Of a stretch of DNA of 64,000 bases, positions 11,531 to 25,346 are shown one piece after another. The notes beneath the pieces are model-generated. The model made no database searches and was not told the origin of the DNA. It saw only the letters and a list, made by a program, of their open reading frames with translations. Position 1 is the stretch's first letter. Every line of letters starts with the position of its first letter. The DNA is from Antedon mediterranea (Eukaryota > Animalia > Echinodermata): assembly GCF_964355755.1 (NCBI RefSeq), contig NC_092671.1, positions 23,696,070-23,760,069 on the forward strand, read 5' to 3'. A program made the translations under genes and the position numbers.

Positions 11531-14405
11531 ATGTTTTCATTAAAATTTAAGATATTGAAATTGACATAATAAAAAAAACAGTCCAAAAATTCTAATTACA
11601 TTCATCTTCAAATTCCAAGCCTACAACACCCAGTTAATAGCAGACTAGCTAGACCACATGGTGCACTCTCCAACAAGCTAGCAAGAAAGAGTAGAGTCTG
11701 ACAGATTTAGGCCTAAGTAAAGTACTTAATACAAAAAAAACTTAACTTTAAATGATTTGATTACATTAAACATCCAAAGAGCACCAAAAATTACATGGCA
11801 GGCCTTTAAAACAAAACACATGCACTCCTCCTACTACCAAAGATTATTTAGCGCAGCGACCGATATACAATCTTTACTACTACCCGAGTCTAGCTATCTA
11901 GCTCTCTACACATTACAACTCTACAAAAATACCAAAGCATTGATCATTTTCCATTTCAGTTAATTACTGCCATGGTCCGTGTGCACATGTTATTCTTATT
12001 TACATCCCTGTGCAGAGTTCAGTGTATTATGGGAACTTTTTTCTCACGCACAAAGGTTTTTATATAATTAAATAGTGGTATGTAGTGAAAATAAAAAATA
12101 GACGAGAAACATAAGGCATAAAATAGGCATTAAATGTACTGTCTGTGCTTGTATGTACACGCCGAAAGTGTGTGGCATATTTGGCATTTTATTTAGACAC
12201 ACTGCAATCACTGCAACCATTATACTAAATTACATTGAGTTATTCACCCGGTTGTAGGGTATATATCTGAGGTTAACTAACCAGGTTCATCTAAGGCGTA
12301 CCAGGGGGTGTTTTTCGATCAAAGTTTAGTGCGTCGAAAAAGATCTATATTTTGGAAGGAATTTAAATAATTTACATTATCTAATATTTAACATTATGGA
12401 ATGTGATGGAAACATTATCTTGCAATTGAGGATGCCTATAACAGTGTGTAAGCATTTATTTTTTCGGCGCTATTGCAGTTTCATAGCAAATAGGTGAATG
12501 AGAGAGACTGTGGTGCGCAAGTGCAGTAGCACCGGGCCGTCTAGGGCCCATGGTCGATTGAGACCATGGAAGGACGATCGGGCCCATTATAGAGACAATT
12601 AGGCCCATTTCTTTATGGTCCCGATCATCTTAATTGTTGATCGTACGTGGGTCCCACTGACTGTGCATTCTGTGTAGCATGTCGTTGTTGATGTTGATTT
12701 TATTCTTTATGTTTTTTTTTGCTACCAAAAATATACAGTTTATCAGAAAATTATAAATTCAATTCATTTTCATGGATCGATCGGATTCCCTTTATTTTAG
12801 AATGGGCCCGAACGTCCACACAGTTGGGCAGACCATTGTCAATCGGAGACAGAGGTGGCTATTTCTTGCTCTGTGAGGAGAAACATGATTGGCAAGGCTG
12901 GTTGTGTGCATTGAGTACCGACAGTAGCCTACATATAAGGTAACTGACCTGTTAACTGGAGGGAAGATGAGCTGCCATTTCGAGGCAAACTATTCTGTCG
13001 AGACAATGATTGTGCTTCCACTTTTACATCAGTTTCGGTGAAGCCTGTTGACAAAATCAGCATGCATTGAATGTGAATGTTAAACCTATTAATTTTATAC
13101 TTGCATTTGCATACCTATTTTTTTATTTAAAGTTTATGCATTATAAAAAATTCATTAAAACAAATGTAGACCTGGAGATATCCACACACAAAAATTTCAA
13201 ATATGGTACTCATGCATAACAAAGCACAATCAAGTAAAAATCAATTATGTGATTAGACTGAAAAGTGTGCAGTGGTTATTTTTCTCCTGCAAGCAGTTTT
13301 AGAAGAGATTGAAGTATGTAGTATGTACAATTATCATAGAATCATATAACATAATGCATTGCACAAAAATAAAACTCAAGTTTAAAAATGTAATCTTACT
13401 ATGATCAAAACTCGAGTCTGCAAAACTTGAATCAGCTGACATTGTGACAAGAGACTTGTCATCTGAAATTAACAATATCAAACACAATAAAACATCAAGC
13501 TGCAACAAATAATTTGTAACATAATAATGCTCAATATATAATATAACTGTGTAAAAAGAGTTTTACTATAATTTGACCAACACACCAAATTCAAATAAAA
13601 CTACCTCCAGATCAACCTGTGTGTATCATGGAGGAAACGTTTTCCTGCTTGTGTGTATATACTGTAGATTGTTTGTACTGACATCACATTTTCCCCACAG
13701 TACTTAAGGAGCAGCCATCTTGGTGGTCAAACATTGGTTTTGTCGCAGCATTTTCCGTTGTGTACTACAGGTTGTCATCGAAATGGATTAATTTTCATTA
13801 TCATTATTATTAACAGTTCACAATGTTTGTTAACAATCAATAAATTTGTATATAACTTTCTGAATAAAATTGTAATACTTTTGAGGAGATTGTGGCATAA
13901 AAAATGTTAACACAATGCTTCAGAAAAAGATATATACTACTTAATGTAATTTTTAACCGATTTCTGACATTTTTTTTATCATTTTATACTGATTTTACAA
14001 TTTCCCCGCAATATACTCTGATGATTTATTATTTTATTTGACTGTTATTTTGCAGTATAATTTTCATTTTGCTAACTTTATACGTGGCCCATGAAAAAAG
14101 CAAAATATGAATGACGTCGCCAACGGCCAAAATTACCAGCTAGATCAGAGAGATCAGCAAAAAACTGAAAGTCGCAAAGTGATTTCATCAACCCGGAAAT
14201 TACTTATACCGCAGATGGTTGAAAATCTACCTATGAAATCAGAAATTCTTATATCTTTTTAAGCCTGCTATAATGTTGTTGAACATCACGGTACACATAG
14301 ACAAGCTAGGGTGACTTGCATTTTACAGAATTAAGCATAAATTTTATATATATAGATGAAAATACAATTAACACTCTAAATATGGCCTATTTATTAATAT
14401 TTTAA

Positions 14406-14566
14406 AGACACTAGACCTGCAATTTTTGATTTTTGTAAAAATGCATATATAACTTTAAAAATATTAAACCAGGCAAGTTCTTGTCTTAAACATGAGTTAA
14501 TTATGAAAAACAATGCACTACTCAAGTAGCTCGCGTCAAAAGTTTGTAGACGTGGGTCTAGTGTCT
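14406..14566. mobile_element. Short Kolobok-like MITE
   Basis: TIR AGACACTAGACC/GGTCTAGTGTCT with TTAA on both sides; shares its right TTAA with the next element. Confidence 0.75.
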
Positions 14567-14570
14567 TTAA

Positions 14571-15162
14571 AGCCCCATTCCCTACGTTTTTTAGATCTAA
14601 TTTAAGATCACAAACTATATTTAATGTAAAAATAATACTATATGGTCCTATTGCGATAACTTTTTTCGTCTTTAAACGGTTAAAAATGTGAAAAATAAAT
14701 CGATTCTAATAATTATAACGGCCCGCTATAAATCCCAAAATGCATTGCGCGCGGATTGATATTTTTGTTTTTCACCTGTAATTCGCCCACTTTTCGATCG
14801 ATCGTGAAGCCAAAACAAATGGAAGACTCCTAACTTTTCAGCGAAAATACCGGGTTTTCCCCAATTTGTATCAACGGAGTCTGGCAAAAATAGAAAGACA
14901 ATTAATGCAGCAACTATACAACGTCAGGCTAGGTATATAGCTAGCGTAGGATGTTCGTACGTTATCGATATTTACCAGCTAGGCCTACAAAACTAAGCCT
15001 AGCTAGGCTAGGCCTAAGACCGTCCACGAGAGGTCGATCGCCGCGAGCTACTTAGGTAGTGCATTGTTTCTCACTTTTTATCATAATTTACCATAAAACG
15101 TACATTTAAGACAAGGAATGACATGGTTTAATGTTAATGTTTAAATTGCAGGGAAGGGGTCT
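14571..15162 (+). mobile_element. Kolobok-like MITE, copy 1
   Basis: TTAA TSD, imperfect TIR AGCCCCATTCCCTAC/GCAGGGAAGGGGTCT; near-identical inverted copy at 32734-33363 and a partial relative at 15841-15970. Confidence 0.85.
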
Positions 15163-15174
15163 TTAAACTTAGTA

Positions 15175-15738
15175 CAGTAGGGTGAAATTACAGGCTTACC
15201 ATATCTCAGAAACTACTAGTCAGTGAGAGTTGAGTTTTCACTGATTTATTCAGAATGTACATATTTATGTTTGCTCTAATGAAACATTTTACAAAAAAAT
15301 GACAGAAGTACAACATTTGACTCTCGATGTTTGCATACATAATACAACTAAAATAAAATGTCTGTAGAGACTTTGTATTGACCTCAAATGACTCAGATAC
15401 AGGTTTCCAACGGCCATCGTAACTTTCGCGGTGTGTGAAAAAGGTGTGATTTTGGGAATTACAAAGCAGTCCTCCGCTAGGTATTAGAAACCTGTAGTAT
15501 CTCATTCATTTGAAAGCAAAACAAAGTCTCTACGGACATTTTAGACACAACTCGCATTGTGTATGCAAACATTGAGAAATGGGGTCGGGGGGAAAATGTT
15601 GTACTTCCAGTAATTTTTTCGTAAAATATTCATTAGAGAAAATATAAATATACATTCTGAATAATTAAGTGAAAAAATCAACTCTCTCTGACTAGTAGTT
15701 TTTGAGACTTATGGTAACCCTGTAATTTCACCCTACTG
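15175..15738. mobile_element. Tc1/mariner-type MITE with ~150 bp TIRs
   Basis: TA-CAGTAGGGGTGAAATTACAGG ... CCTGTAATTTCACCCTACTG-TA. Confidence 0.8.
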
Positions 15739-17290
15739 TAATAAAACATTCATTCATTCGTTCATTGCCTAACAATTGCAAATTAATATAAACAGTAGGG
15801 AGTGGTATAATAAGCAACCTTGTTCTTGTCTTTATTATTAAGACCCCTTCCCTAGATTTTTTTTTATCTAATTTAAGGTCACAAATATAAATGTTATATG
15901 GTTCTATTGAGATAACTTTTTTGTCTTTAAACGGTTAAAAATGTGAAAAATTAGTTGATTCTAGTAATTTTAGCCTGGTTTAGACCTGGTTTAATGTTTT
16001 TAAAATAATATACTGGTAAGAATTATTTTTTCAAAACGTCACAAATTGTAGGGGGGCGCCCAAGCCTTTCCAAAAATGTGTACTAGGCCTACCTAATGAA
16101 AAGCTAAAGGAAGTGAGATTTTTGTTCTCGCGGTAGAAAACGTAGTGATAGCGGTAAATTTGTTCAAACATGCATGTATGTTAACATACGATCGTAAAAA
16201 GTGTATGCCATCCTATGACATGATGCATATGCTTATAGTGCTGAGTTGTACCTATTATGTGTTGTATATAATAGTACAGTATACTGTATATCCATATACA
16301 GTGTAGCATAGGTTAAAATTATGGACCCACATTATGTTCTAATTTTTTGGTATAATGACATTACCAAAATAAACTTGAAGATGACAATTTCGAAAGATAA
16401 TGAATTGAGCAAAAATATATTTATCATGTAGAAAATGCCGAAATTCTTAATACTATGAATAAGTGGGATAAACTTCCCAAAGTTGCAAGAAAATCCAAAT
16501 CAGATGTTAACTGGAACAAGGTAGGAACGCGATAGATGGGTACTAAAAATGGTAGACTACCGCGGGTAGCGGTACACTTGGGAAGTCTGAGACTATGTGG
16601 ATTACAGCTCTAAATAAGCCTCATATTATATTACATTTGTATCACAAACTCTTAGAAAGAACACCCTTAATTTTATGGTGAACAATTATAAATCCATTCG
16701 TTTTCACATAGAGATATTATAGTGAACAATATCTCTATGGTTTTCATGTAGTTGTAGCCGATCGTCTTTCCTTTATTTTAATACTAATAGTCCACAACGT
16801 CGAGCACGAACGTCCACAAAGTCGAGCACGAACTTCCACAAAGTTCGGCCCGAATGTCCGCACGCGTTTGTAACCGATCGTCTTTAAAAAAAAAGCCCGA
16901 TTGTTTGGCCCGACCGTCTTTGGTCCCAATCGTCTGTCAATCTTCTAGACACCCCGGAGATCTAGATCGAGCCCATAAGAAATAGGCCCGATCGTCTCTC
17001 TACATGTATGATGATGGATGGGCTCCGATCGGATAGTGGATCGTACATAGGCTAGTAGTACGTGTGTCGCGTGTGGGCCCGATCGTCTGCTTATTACCTG
17101 AAAAACAAGTTTTAAATTTACCATTAAGATTCTCCATAACCTCGAAATCATTCAGATTAGACTTTCACCTAAATTTTTTTTTTAAAGTCAGATGCGGTTA
17201 CAGTATAGCTAGTTATAGCTAGGCCTAGGCAAAGTGACAAAGAAGTGGCGCTTTGTTGACGGCGGCTTGATGATGGATGATGATAGGAAT

Positions 17291-17826
17291 GGTAAACGGG
17301 ACGATTCGGTCCTGAGACGATTCGGCCCGGGACGATTCGGCCCGGGACAATTCGACCCTGAGACGATTCGGCCCTGAGACGATTCGGCACACTTTCGGCT
17401 TTGATATGCATTTTATAAGCATAAAATAAGCTTTTGGGGGGTAGTACTACTGAGGATAAAGATGCAATAAAGCAAACATTTTGAAAACATTGTCGAAAAT
17501 TATCATTTTTTAGTCACGCGAACGATGTAAACAAGTTACGCCCTCTGTTGGCCGCTTGGCGAATGCACGAAATAAACAAGGTATTCGAAGTACAGTAATA
17601 AATTGAATATAAAATTACCTTTTTAGTAATTTATTATATATATTATATCAATATTGTCAATATCAATAAAATAGCTTTGAAAACTTGATATACCAAAAAA
17701 AAAGAATATGAATTTGGTTAAGTGAGACGTTTCGGCCCACAAAGTGGGATGTTTCGGCCCAAAATTGGGCCGAATCGTCCCACCAAAAGTGGACCGAATA
17801 GTCCCGGGCCGAATCGTCCTGGAACC
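17291..17826. mobile_element. MITE with 15-bp subterminal tandem units (possibly MULE-type)
   Basis: GGGACGATTCGGCCC repeated about 6 times at left and inverted at right; GG...CC termini; no clean TSD. Confidence 0.55.
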
Positions 17827-18939
17827 TAGAAAAATGGGGGATGCAAGCCCAGCTGCAACCTGCAAAAAACAGTCTCCAAATCAGTGTTGCCAGTGATCAA
17901 ATTTAAATTATGCCGTCCCATGAATAACAACAACTAATAATTAAATAGCACAAGCCAAGGGTCAAAGTTTAATAACAAAAGACCTATTGTCTAACATCTA
18001 GTCCGGTGGCAGAAGGTGGGAATCACCACCCGAAAGGGGACAAATTGCCATCCAACTTTTCTAGATCAGAATTTTCCGTAGATTACGAATATGGAAGGTA
18101 ATTAGTAGGAAATGGGGGTTCCCATGCACCCCTGAGGTATATTTTTTTAATGTGATTTTTTATAATCTCAAGTATGTCTAGTAACCAGATCAGGTTGTTA
18201 ACATTTTCAAATCGTTTCCCATGGGGTTGTTTTTTACCCATTTAGTCGGCCATGTTGGTTTTAACAAATTAACATTTTTTCGCATTTCTCAGGAATCAGA
18301 GGTCGTAGAAATATAATTTTGGTACCAAAGTACTCAGTATATGTATGTTTGTATATGCTGTAATGAAAGTTTTTTGTATACAATTACGGGAAGTATGATT
18401 TTTGACCTATGAACTTGTTTTTAAATGGTGTCCATATCTCAAAAACCGGTTGTCATAGAAACTTTATTTTAGTCTCAAATTATGCAGAATACCAACATTT
18501 ATATTCATGGTAATGCAAAAGTTTGTCCGAAAATGATCGGAAATGATATTTTTGACCTTTGACATAATTTCATTTACATTTTTACACAATTTTGTCCATA
18601 TTTGAGGGCATTAGCAGTTCTCGATAACTAACAGACATAGAAATATAATTTTTGTGTCAAAGTACTCGCGATATGCATTTTTATATTCACACTAATGAAA
18701 GTTTTTTGTGAAAAATGACCGGAAGTATGACTTTTGACCTATGACCTCAACTTTAAATATTTTCATTATCTCAAAAACCAGTTGTCATAGAAACTTGGTT
18801 TTAGTCTCAAATTGTTCAGAATACCAATATTTATATTTATGATAACAAAAAAGTTTGGCCAAAAACGACCGGAAATGATATTTTTTTATCTTTGACATAC
18901 TCTTTTCTTTGTCAAACTAAAAAAAGCGCAAGATTGATA

Positions 18940-19647
18940 TTGATGAAATAGAAAATGTTCGGAAGCGTCCATCGGTAAGTTGCATTTTACATGTCAAAGG
19001 TATTGAGCATCTTCAATTTATTCCGCTCACTGATATCAAGGGATCAGCCTCAGAGAAGTTGAATCAGCTACATAGTATTCGTGACAAACGACTTACCGAA
19101 CCTTATGATTCTCCTTATCGTATGGAGGATGTCTGTAAAGGTATTCCAGAGAATCTCGAAAATACTGATTTGAATGTAATTGGTTATCATCGTGGTTGCT
19201 ACCAACGCTTTATTATTAACCAACATCGTTTAAAATGTAGTTCAACATCTAGTGCAGCTCAAAATTCCCGCTCAAATCGGAAACAAACTGTTCGTAGTTG
19301 TTTCCACCAGAGTGTATTTTTTGTAATAAACTTGAATTGAAAGTGTCTAGAAAGACTGAAAGGTGCATCAAGTTTCCTGTTTATAAAACTGAAAATGGTG
19401 TATTTAAAGATCCCACATGGAAATTGAGCCTCGGTCACTTGCACTAGGAATGCATGACCTACATTGCTTAGTGCAAGGTGAAGACCTGTTTGCCCGCGAC
19501 GCCAATTTCCACCAATCATGCAGAAAAAAATTCAACCTAAAGTATGTAAAATACATCCAGTCGTTGAATGTGGATAATGATAATGGTCTTAAAGGTGAGG
19601 CCCGCTTAAATGCATTGACGTGTGTAATTTATTTTATTCAAGGATAG
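18940..19647 (+). pseudogene. Frameshifted Academ-type transposase N-terminal fragment
   Basis: CILHVKGIEH..., IGYHRGCYQRF, FPPECIFC, GEDLFARDANFHQSCRKKF; same motif order as the relic at 6744-8236. Confidence 0.7.
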
Positions 19648-20640
19648 GAAGCGTTTTCGAGATATAAGGGGTCAAAGTTCAAAATTGACCAATTACAACA
19701 ATGTATTATGTATATGTATTATAACAAATTTATTGAAGCACAATTTGGTCTTTTATTACATTTTTATGATTATAAGTGTCTATTCAATCACCTAATGAAA
19801 AAAAAATCCTTTGTAATTAAGGGTCAAATGTCAATATTGACCAATAATAGAACGTACCTATAAAACCAATTAAAAACTTATATTTAATAAAAATTGGATG
19901 TTTTCTCATCCTGTTAATCAATCATACGCAATCGGTTGACATAAGGTCAATTTCATCAGTTGACATAAGGTCAAAGGTCAACATTTTAATACACGTATTA
20001 GTTAACAAATAAATGCAAAGTTGTCCAAATTATGATATTGATGGTTTTACAAGTAATCAAATTATTTGATTAGTAAAGTTATGTTATTTCATTATAATTT
20101 TGATTAATATAATTATAATACTGTATTTAATCAAATCAGACTTTGATCAGGATAGGAAGCGAATAGGAAGAGATAAGGGGTCAAAGTTCAAAATTGACCA
20201 ATTATAACAATGTATTATATACATATGTATTATAACCAATTTATTGAAGTTCAATTTGGTCTTTTAATACATTTGTATGGTTATAGGTATCTATTCAGTC
20301 GCCTTATAAAACAAATACTTTACAATTAAAGGTCAAATGTCAATATTGACCAATCACACAATTTGCATATAAACCCAAATAAAAACTAACATTTAAGACA
20401 AAATGTTATGTTTTATCATTGTGTTAAGACATCTATCAATCATACACAATCAAAAGAGCACATTTATCATTACACAAGTTGACATAGGTCAAAGGTCAAC
20501 ATTTGAACAAGTTATATACTAAATAATGCAAATTTATTCAAACTATGAGATCGATGTTCATAAATGTAATCACGTTATTTGATCAGTGAAGTTATGGTAT
20601 TTTTATATTTTTTCTAGTGCTCATTATTTTAAATGTATTA
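19640..20640 (+). repeat. ~500 bp diverged tandem duplication inside the Academ-like element
   Basis: GGATAGGAAGCG...ATAAGGGGTCAAAGTTCAAAATTGACCAAT at 19642 and 20150; inverted copy at 22572-22623. Confidence 0.8.
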
Positions 20641-20939
20641 ATATAATACTGTAAAATAAATAATAAAATTATTAATATTATTAATATGACGGTTAAAATG
20701 TTATGATGTTAAAATGTTACGCTGACAGTTGCATTTATTAGAGCTACAATATTCGTTTTTGGAAAATAAACTACTATTCATCAGAACCAGAGAGTACCAA
20801 TTCGTACAGGATAGGGCATAGGCAGATCCAGGTGGCCAAACTCAATCCACAACTCACTACACAGACAGACCACAATTTTTATATAGCCACAGATAGTTTG
20901 GCCCATACAGGAAAGTGTTTCCTGTCCACAACAGATTCT

Positions 20940-21830
20940 AAAATAACCCATATGGATTTGCCCGAATGAACCCTCTAAGGACCCTTTTGGGATCTCTATG
21001 TGGTGTGCTACATAAGGCCCTGTATTAGAAATTAATATGGGGTAAATAGTTCATAGATGAACTACGGAATAAAACTAAAATGTTCACCCTCAATCTATGG
21101 ATTTGCCCAAATGAACCCAAGGGCCGATCCCTCATGAACCCTTCGGGGTTCTCTATGTGGGTCTACAAGAGATCCTATATTGGAAATACTGTATGTGGGG
21201 TGAAAATGTGGGTTCATAGAGATATAATAAATATCCCTGTGCAGCCTCGATCATCCATAAGGAACATTTTATGGATTTGCCCAAATTAACCCAAGGGTCG
21301 GTCGTTCTCCATGGATGGACATTAAAAGCTCCATAATGGAAATATAAGGGGTGACACTGTGAGTTCATATAGACAGGCGCGGCCCATGGAATAAAGCTGC
21401 CTGTGCACTCTCGATCCTTAAGGAACACTTATGGATTTGCCAAAATTAACTCCCCAAAGGCCGGTCCTCCATGGATGGACATTAAGCCCCATAATGAAAA
21501 TATAAGGGGTGACAATGTGGGTTTATATAGACAAGCACATGGAATAAAGCTGCCTGTGCACTCTCGATCCTTAAGGAACCGATTTTGATTTTGCCTAAAA
21601 TGAAACAACAGCAGGTCATCTATTTAGACCCTTCTCTACTGTATGTTCAGTTCTACATTTGGCCCCTGTATCGGATCAATGCATTTGGCTACATAAGTTA
21701 GTTACTGTGTTAGAAATATATCGGGTAACTAAAACTGTAGGTTCCAATATTAAGCCATGGGAAAACCCTGTCTGTGCACCCTCAATCCTTTTAAAAGGAA
21801 CCCATATGGAGTTGCCAAAATGAACCAGGG
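20940..21830 (+). repeat. Diverged ~150-170 bp tandem repeat
   Basis: ATGGATTTGCC(C/A)AAAT recurs at 20952, 21097, 21270, 21431 and ~21806. Confidence 0.75.
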
Positions 21831-22751
21831 TAACTTCTGAATTCTCTATGAACCGTACATTCCGTTTTGGAGATACATGAATACCTGATTGAAATGTTTC
21901 TGAAAGACATTGTACTGTATAGTAGTAGTATTCCCCTTCCACACCTCTTTGCATTAAATCCGCCCGATAGGCTCTTATGTACAGGATTTCAAAGCAATAA
22001 TCACACTTGTATTTTTCAAGCAGTATAATCTATTAGATTGAATAAAATATCTATTATAAACAATTTGCCGTTAGAAATCTCTATGCTATGTCGTTATTTA
22101 GATGAGAAAAACAGGTCAAAGGTTAAAATTACAGAAAAATAGTGTTTCAGTCACTTTTTGAAAAAAATGTTGCATTATGGCAAGTATAAACATATATATT
22201 GTGAACAATTTGATACCAAAATTGGCTCCTTACGATAAATATTTATTAATTTATGTTTTTATAACCTTATTCAATTATGTCAAAGGTTAATAACCACGCT
22301 TCCGGTCATTTTCAAGCAATATCATCTGTTACACTGAATATAAATGTATATCTTAGGAACAATTTGCTCCTATTTTTAATTCTCTCCGACCTGCCGTTAC
22401 TTATATATAGCAAAAAGAGGTCAAAGGTCAAAATTGCTAAAAATGGGGTTTCCGGTCAATTTTACAAAGAAAGTTCTGTTAGAGCTAATATAAACATATA
22501 CATTGTGAACAATTTGACACCAAAATTATCTCACTAGATCCAGAATTTCCAGAGATATAGCATGTTTTTATATTGGTCAATTTTGAACTTTGACCCCTTA
22601 TATCTCGAAAACGCTTTCTATCCTGATCGATTACCTTCCATATTCGTAATCTACGGAAAATTCTGGTCTAGAAAAGTTGGATGGCAATTTGTCCCCTTTC
22701 GGGTGGTGATATCCCCCCCCCCCCTCCTGCCACCGGACTAATCCTGTCAAA

Positions 22752-23410
22752 TAATAATAATAATAATATTTATTTGGAACAACACTTTTTTAACAGTGGC
22801 ACACATGCGTAGATGGTGCGTCCATACCATTACAAAATTCAATACAAAAACAATGAAAAATAAAAACTGAAACGAAAATAAACCATATTTGAGATAATGA
22901 CATAAAATTTGACTCGACGCTATTACAAAACTTATTTACAAACTAAAACTACACTAATACAACTAGGCCTACTAATTGTGCAACAGCAATGGAAAAGAAA
23001 ACACTTTTTTTTTAAATAAAACAGTTCAAAGTTGTAATACAATTGCATTTCTTAATTTCCAAGCACGGCTTGTGTACATTTTACAATAACTGTCAAATAC
23101 AGCATAAATGTCGTGAGAGTTATTTTTATGGAATAACGTGCTTCATTGAACCTTAATAGATAGGTCACCAGAAATAAAATTTACCCAAGTATCTACACAA
23201 TTTATTGCAATAAGTTTACGTTGAAGTGTTTGTAATTCTTCCATTCTAATACAATGTAACTTATTACAAATAAACAGGAAATGTTTAACATCTTCTTCCA
23301 CCTGACCCACAAACCTTACACTTGTCATTTAGATTATCAATGTTCCACTTATTTGTAATTTTTCCAAGTGGTAAAGTGTTTGAACGAAGTTTAAATTTTA
23401 AAAATCTGTT
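22752..23410 (-). mobile_element. LINE 3' fragment with C-terminal zinc motif (RTE-X-like), copy 1
   Basis: LKFKLRSNTLPL...KCKVC...VKHFLFIC; (ATT)n tail; same family as 57555-58640. Confidence 0.75.
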
Positions 23411-23484
23411 TTATCCAGTAGGTAAGGTTCTAGGCCAGGTGACTCTTTTATCAAAGAGTAATCAAGCAAAGATGATTTTCTTAA

Positions 23485-25083
23485 AGGGGGATTCTGGGTT
23501 TAAAATTGCTTTTAAATATCGTTTATTTATTAAATAAAAAATATTATAACAATATAGACATGTCAGAATGAAGAAGTAATAACGAGAAATTAAAAAAATT
23601 AAATTTCATATACATTTTAGGGTAAATTCATGGAAAGTCTGTTTTTCAGCAGCTTAGGGAAGCTCATTAATATTCATGAGATATTCACAAAATCACGTAT
23701 TTATTCCAAACTCGCGACGTCATGTACGTTGTGTTTGTCAACTAATTTACATCTCTCTCCCATGTCAAACGACGACCACCCGATCATTGTGAAATACATT
23801 TTTTGTAGATTTTCTAAGCTAGGCCTAAAGTGTAATAATAACAGTAGTAGCATATATTTATTTGACATTTAATGAAATACAAAATTTAGTACAGATTACG
23901 GAGTCATAAATTATACTATTTGTATACCTCTATAGTACAGATCGTATTATCGGCTTCACGTACAATACTACTCTAGGCCTAGCCTAATGGGCGAGAGCCA
24001 TTCTGACTAGGGATTCCATGCCACGATGGCTATGTTAAAACAATGGGGCCCATGGGCCTAGAGCTAGCCTACTACTAGACGATTGGCCCATAAATAACAA
24101 AACCCATCCTATCAACCAAACTCCTAAACAATCTAAACCTAAAACGTTCTACAAAATCGACTGTAAATATTGAAGCAAAACAAGGTCCGATCGCCGTCCA
24201 CACGTATGGTGTCCCGATCGTCTAAGTAGGCCTAAAATAAAATAGGCTTAGTTTACTCTCCAAAAAAGCGGATACTCGATCATGCATCAAGCAAGTAGAC
24301 CAGGTAGTAGGAAGGAGACCTAGCCGATCCGGCCCAGTTAAAAATTGAGCTAGCTATAAGTGTAGTAGACCCTATGCGAATTGATACTAACATGGAGGTA
24401 TTATACCTCCATGATACCACCAGGCCTTTTACTATAGGCTGCACTACACAAATATTCCAACTCTCTCATTCGAGCTATATTATCTATACCATTCCGGTAG
24501 GTCGAGTCGACCTTCAATCAAATACTGTACATCGTTCATGTTGTGATTATAGACGGGGTATACTCGACCCGACCGGTTTGGTATTGTTGTATCTGCTTAT
24601 CACGTGACTATGCCAGGCATGGGCAGCCGAGAGAGCACGTGTATCGTCGTCTCGGTCGATCCTCAGCAGGAATGTACAGTATACGTTACGCTTCATTGAT
24701 TTTGATTTTCCCTAAGTCGGTGCGAAAATCGGCAAACGTAAAGTGCAAACATATCTAATTTTTCACTGTTTTGATGAATTTTCATAAAAAATTGACTTTA
24801 TAAATGGGAAGACCGACTAAAATTACATCAGATAAGTATAATTTTACAAAAGTAATTGATATGGTTAATGATAACGAGTCGTCGGAAGATGGACCATTTC
24901 ACGAAATTCCTATTTTGTAACCACAGTGTGATTTTGCCGTAGCTGCACTTGTAATCTGGCCTGATTTCACAGCCTTCGTTCTGCTTCACTGGGCGCTTAT
25001 ATAAATTGAAACTTTTACCGTTCAAGAGACAAACAAATATATTTTACATATTCTACTATTCATTTTAAACCTGGAACCCCCCT
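23485..25083. mobile_element. Kolobok-like non-autonomous element
   Basis: TTAA-AGGGGGATTCTGGGTTTAAAAT ... ATTTTAAACCTGGAACCCCCCT-TTAA. Confidence 0.8.
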
Positions 25084-25116
25084 TTAATACTTCTTGTTTC
25101 CAAAAAGTAGAATTAA

Positions 25117-25346
25117 CTTTTACAGAGTCACGTTGTTTATTCAGACTAGGTTTTAATTGTCTGATATACAACATTTCATAGATAAGACAGTCAAATTTGT
25201 TTTTGCATTTCCTAAGTATACTAAAATATGAATTCATTTTACTTGGATTAACAATCACGTTATGATCCTTTAAATGCTGTCCTATTAAGCATCTACTATG
25301 TTCAACAATACGTTGGTAGAGCTGTCGGCATGTATATCCAACATAA
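25117..25346 (-). pseudogene. Penelope-like GIY-YIG fragment
   Basis: YVGYTCRQLYQRIVEHSRCLIGQHLKDH...CLIYEMLYIRQLKPSLNKQ; same family as 41790-42310. Confidence 0.85.

Larger units (their letters stand above)
10776..12630. repeat. Degraded element with inverted GACGATCGGG(A/C)CC repeat clusters at its ends
   Basis: Motif repeated at 10776-10870 and 12574-12630; related clusters at 16845-17090 and 24184-24222. No TSD found. Confidence 0.4.
17999..22740 (+). mobile_element. Academ-like non-autonomous element with transposase relic
   Basis: ~105 bp TIR TAGTCCGGTGGCAG..., 3-bp TSD ATC; the empty site AACATCCTGTCAAA is seen at 41924-41939. Confidence 0.88.

Noticed and set aside
12549-12568. Further micro-hairpin candidates (12549, 11971, 35926)
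   Set aside because: Flanking duplication is only 4-5 of 7 or the hairpin is poor; not distinguishable from chance.
17169-17422. ORFs with GRIVP/RAESS repeats
   Set aside because: They are translations of the 15-bp tandem repeat in a MITE arm.
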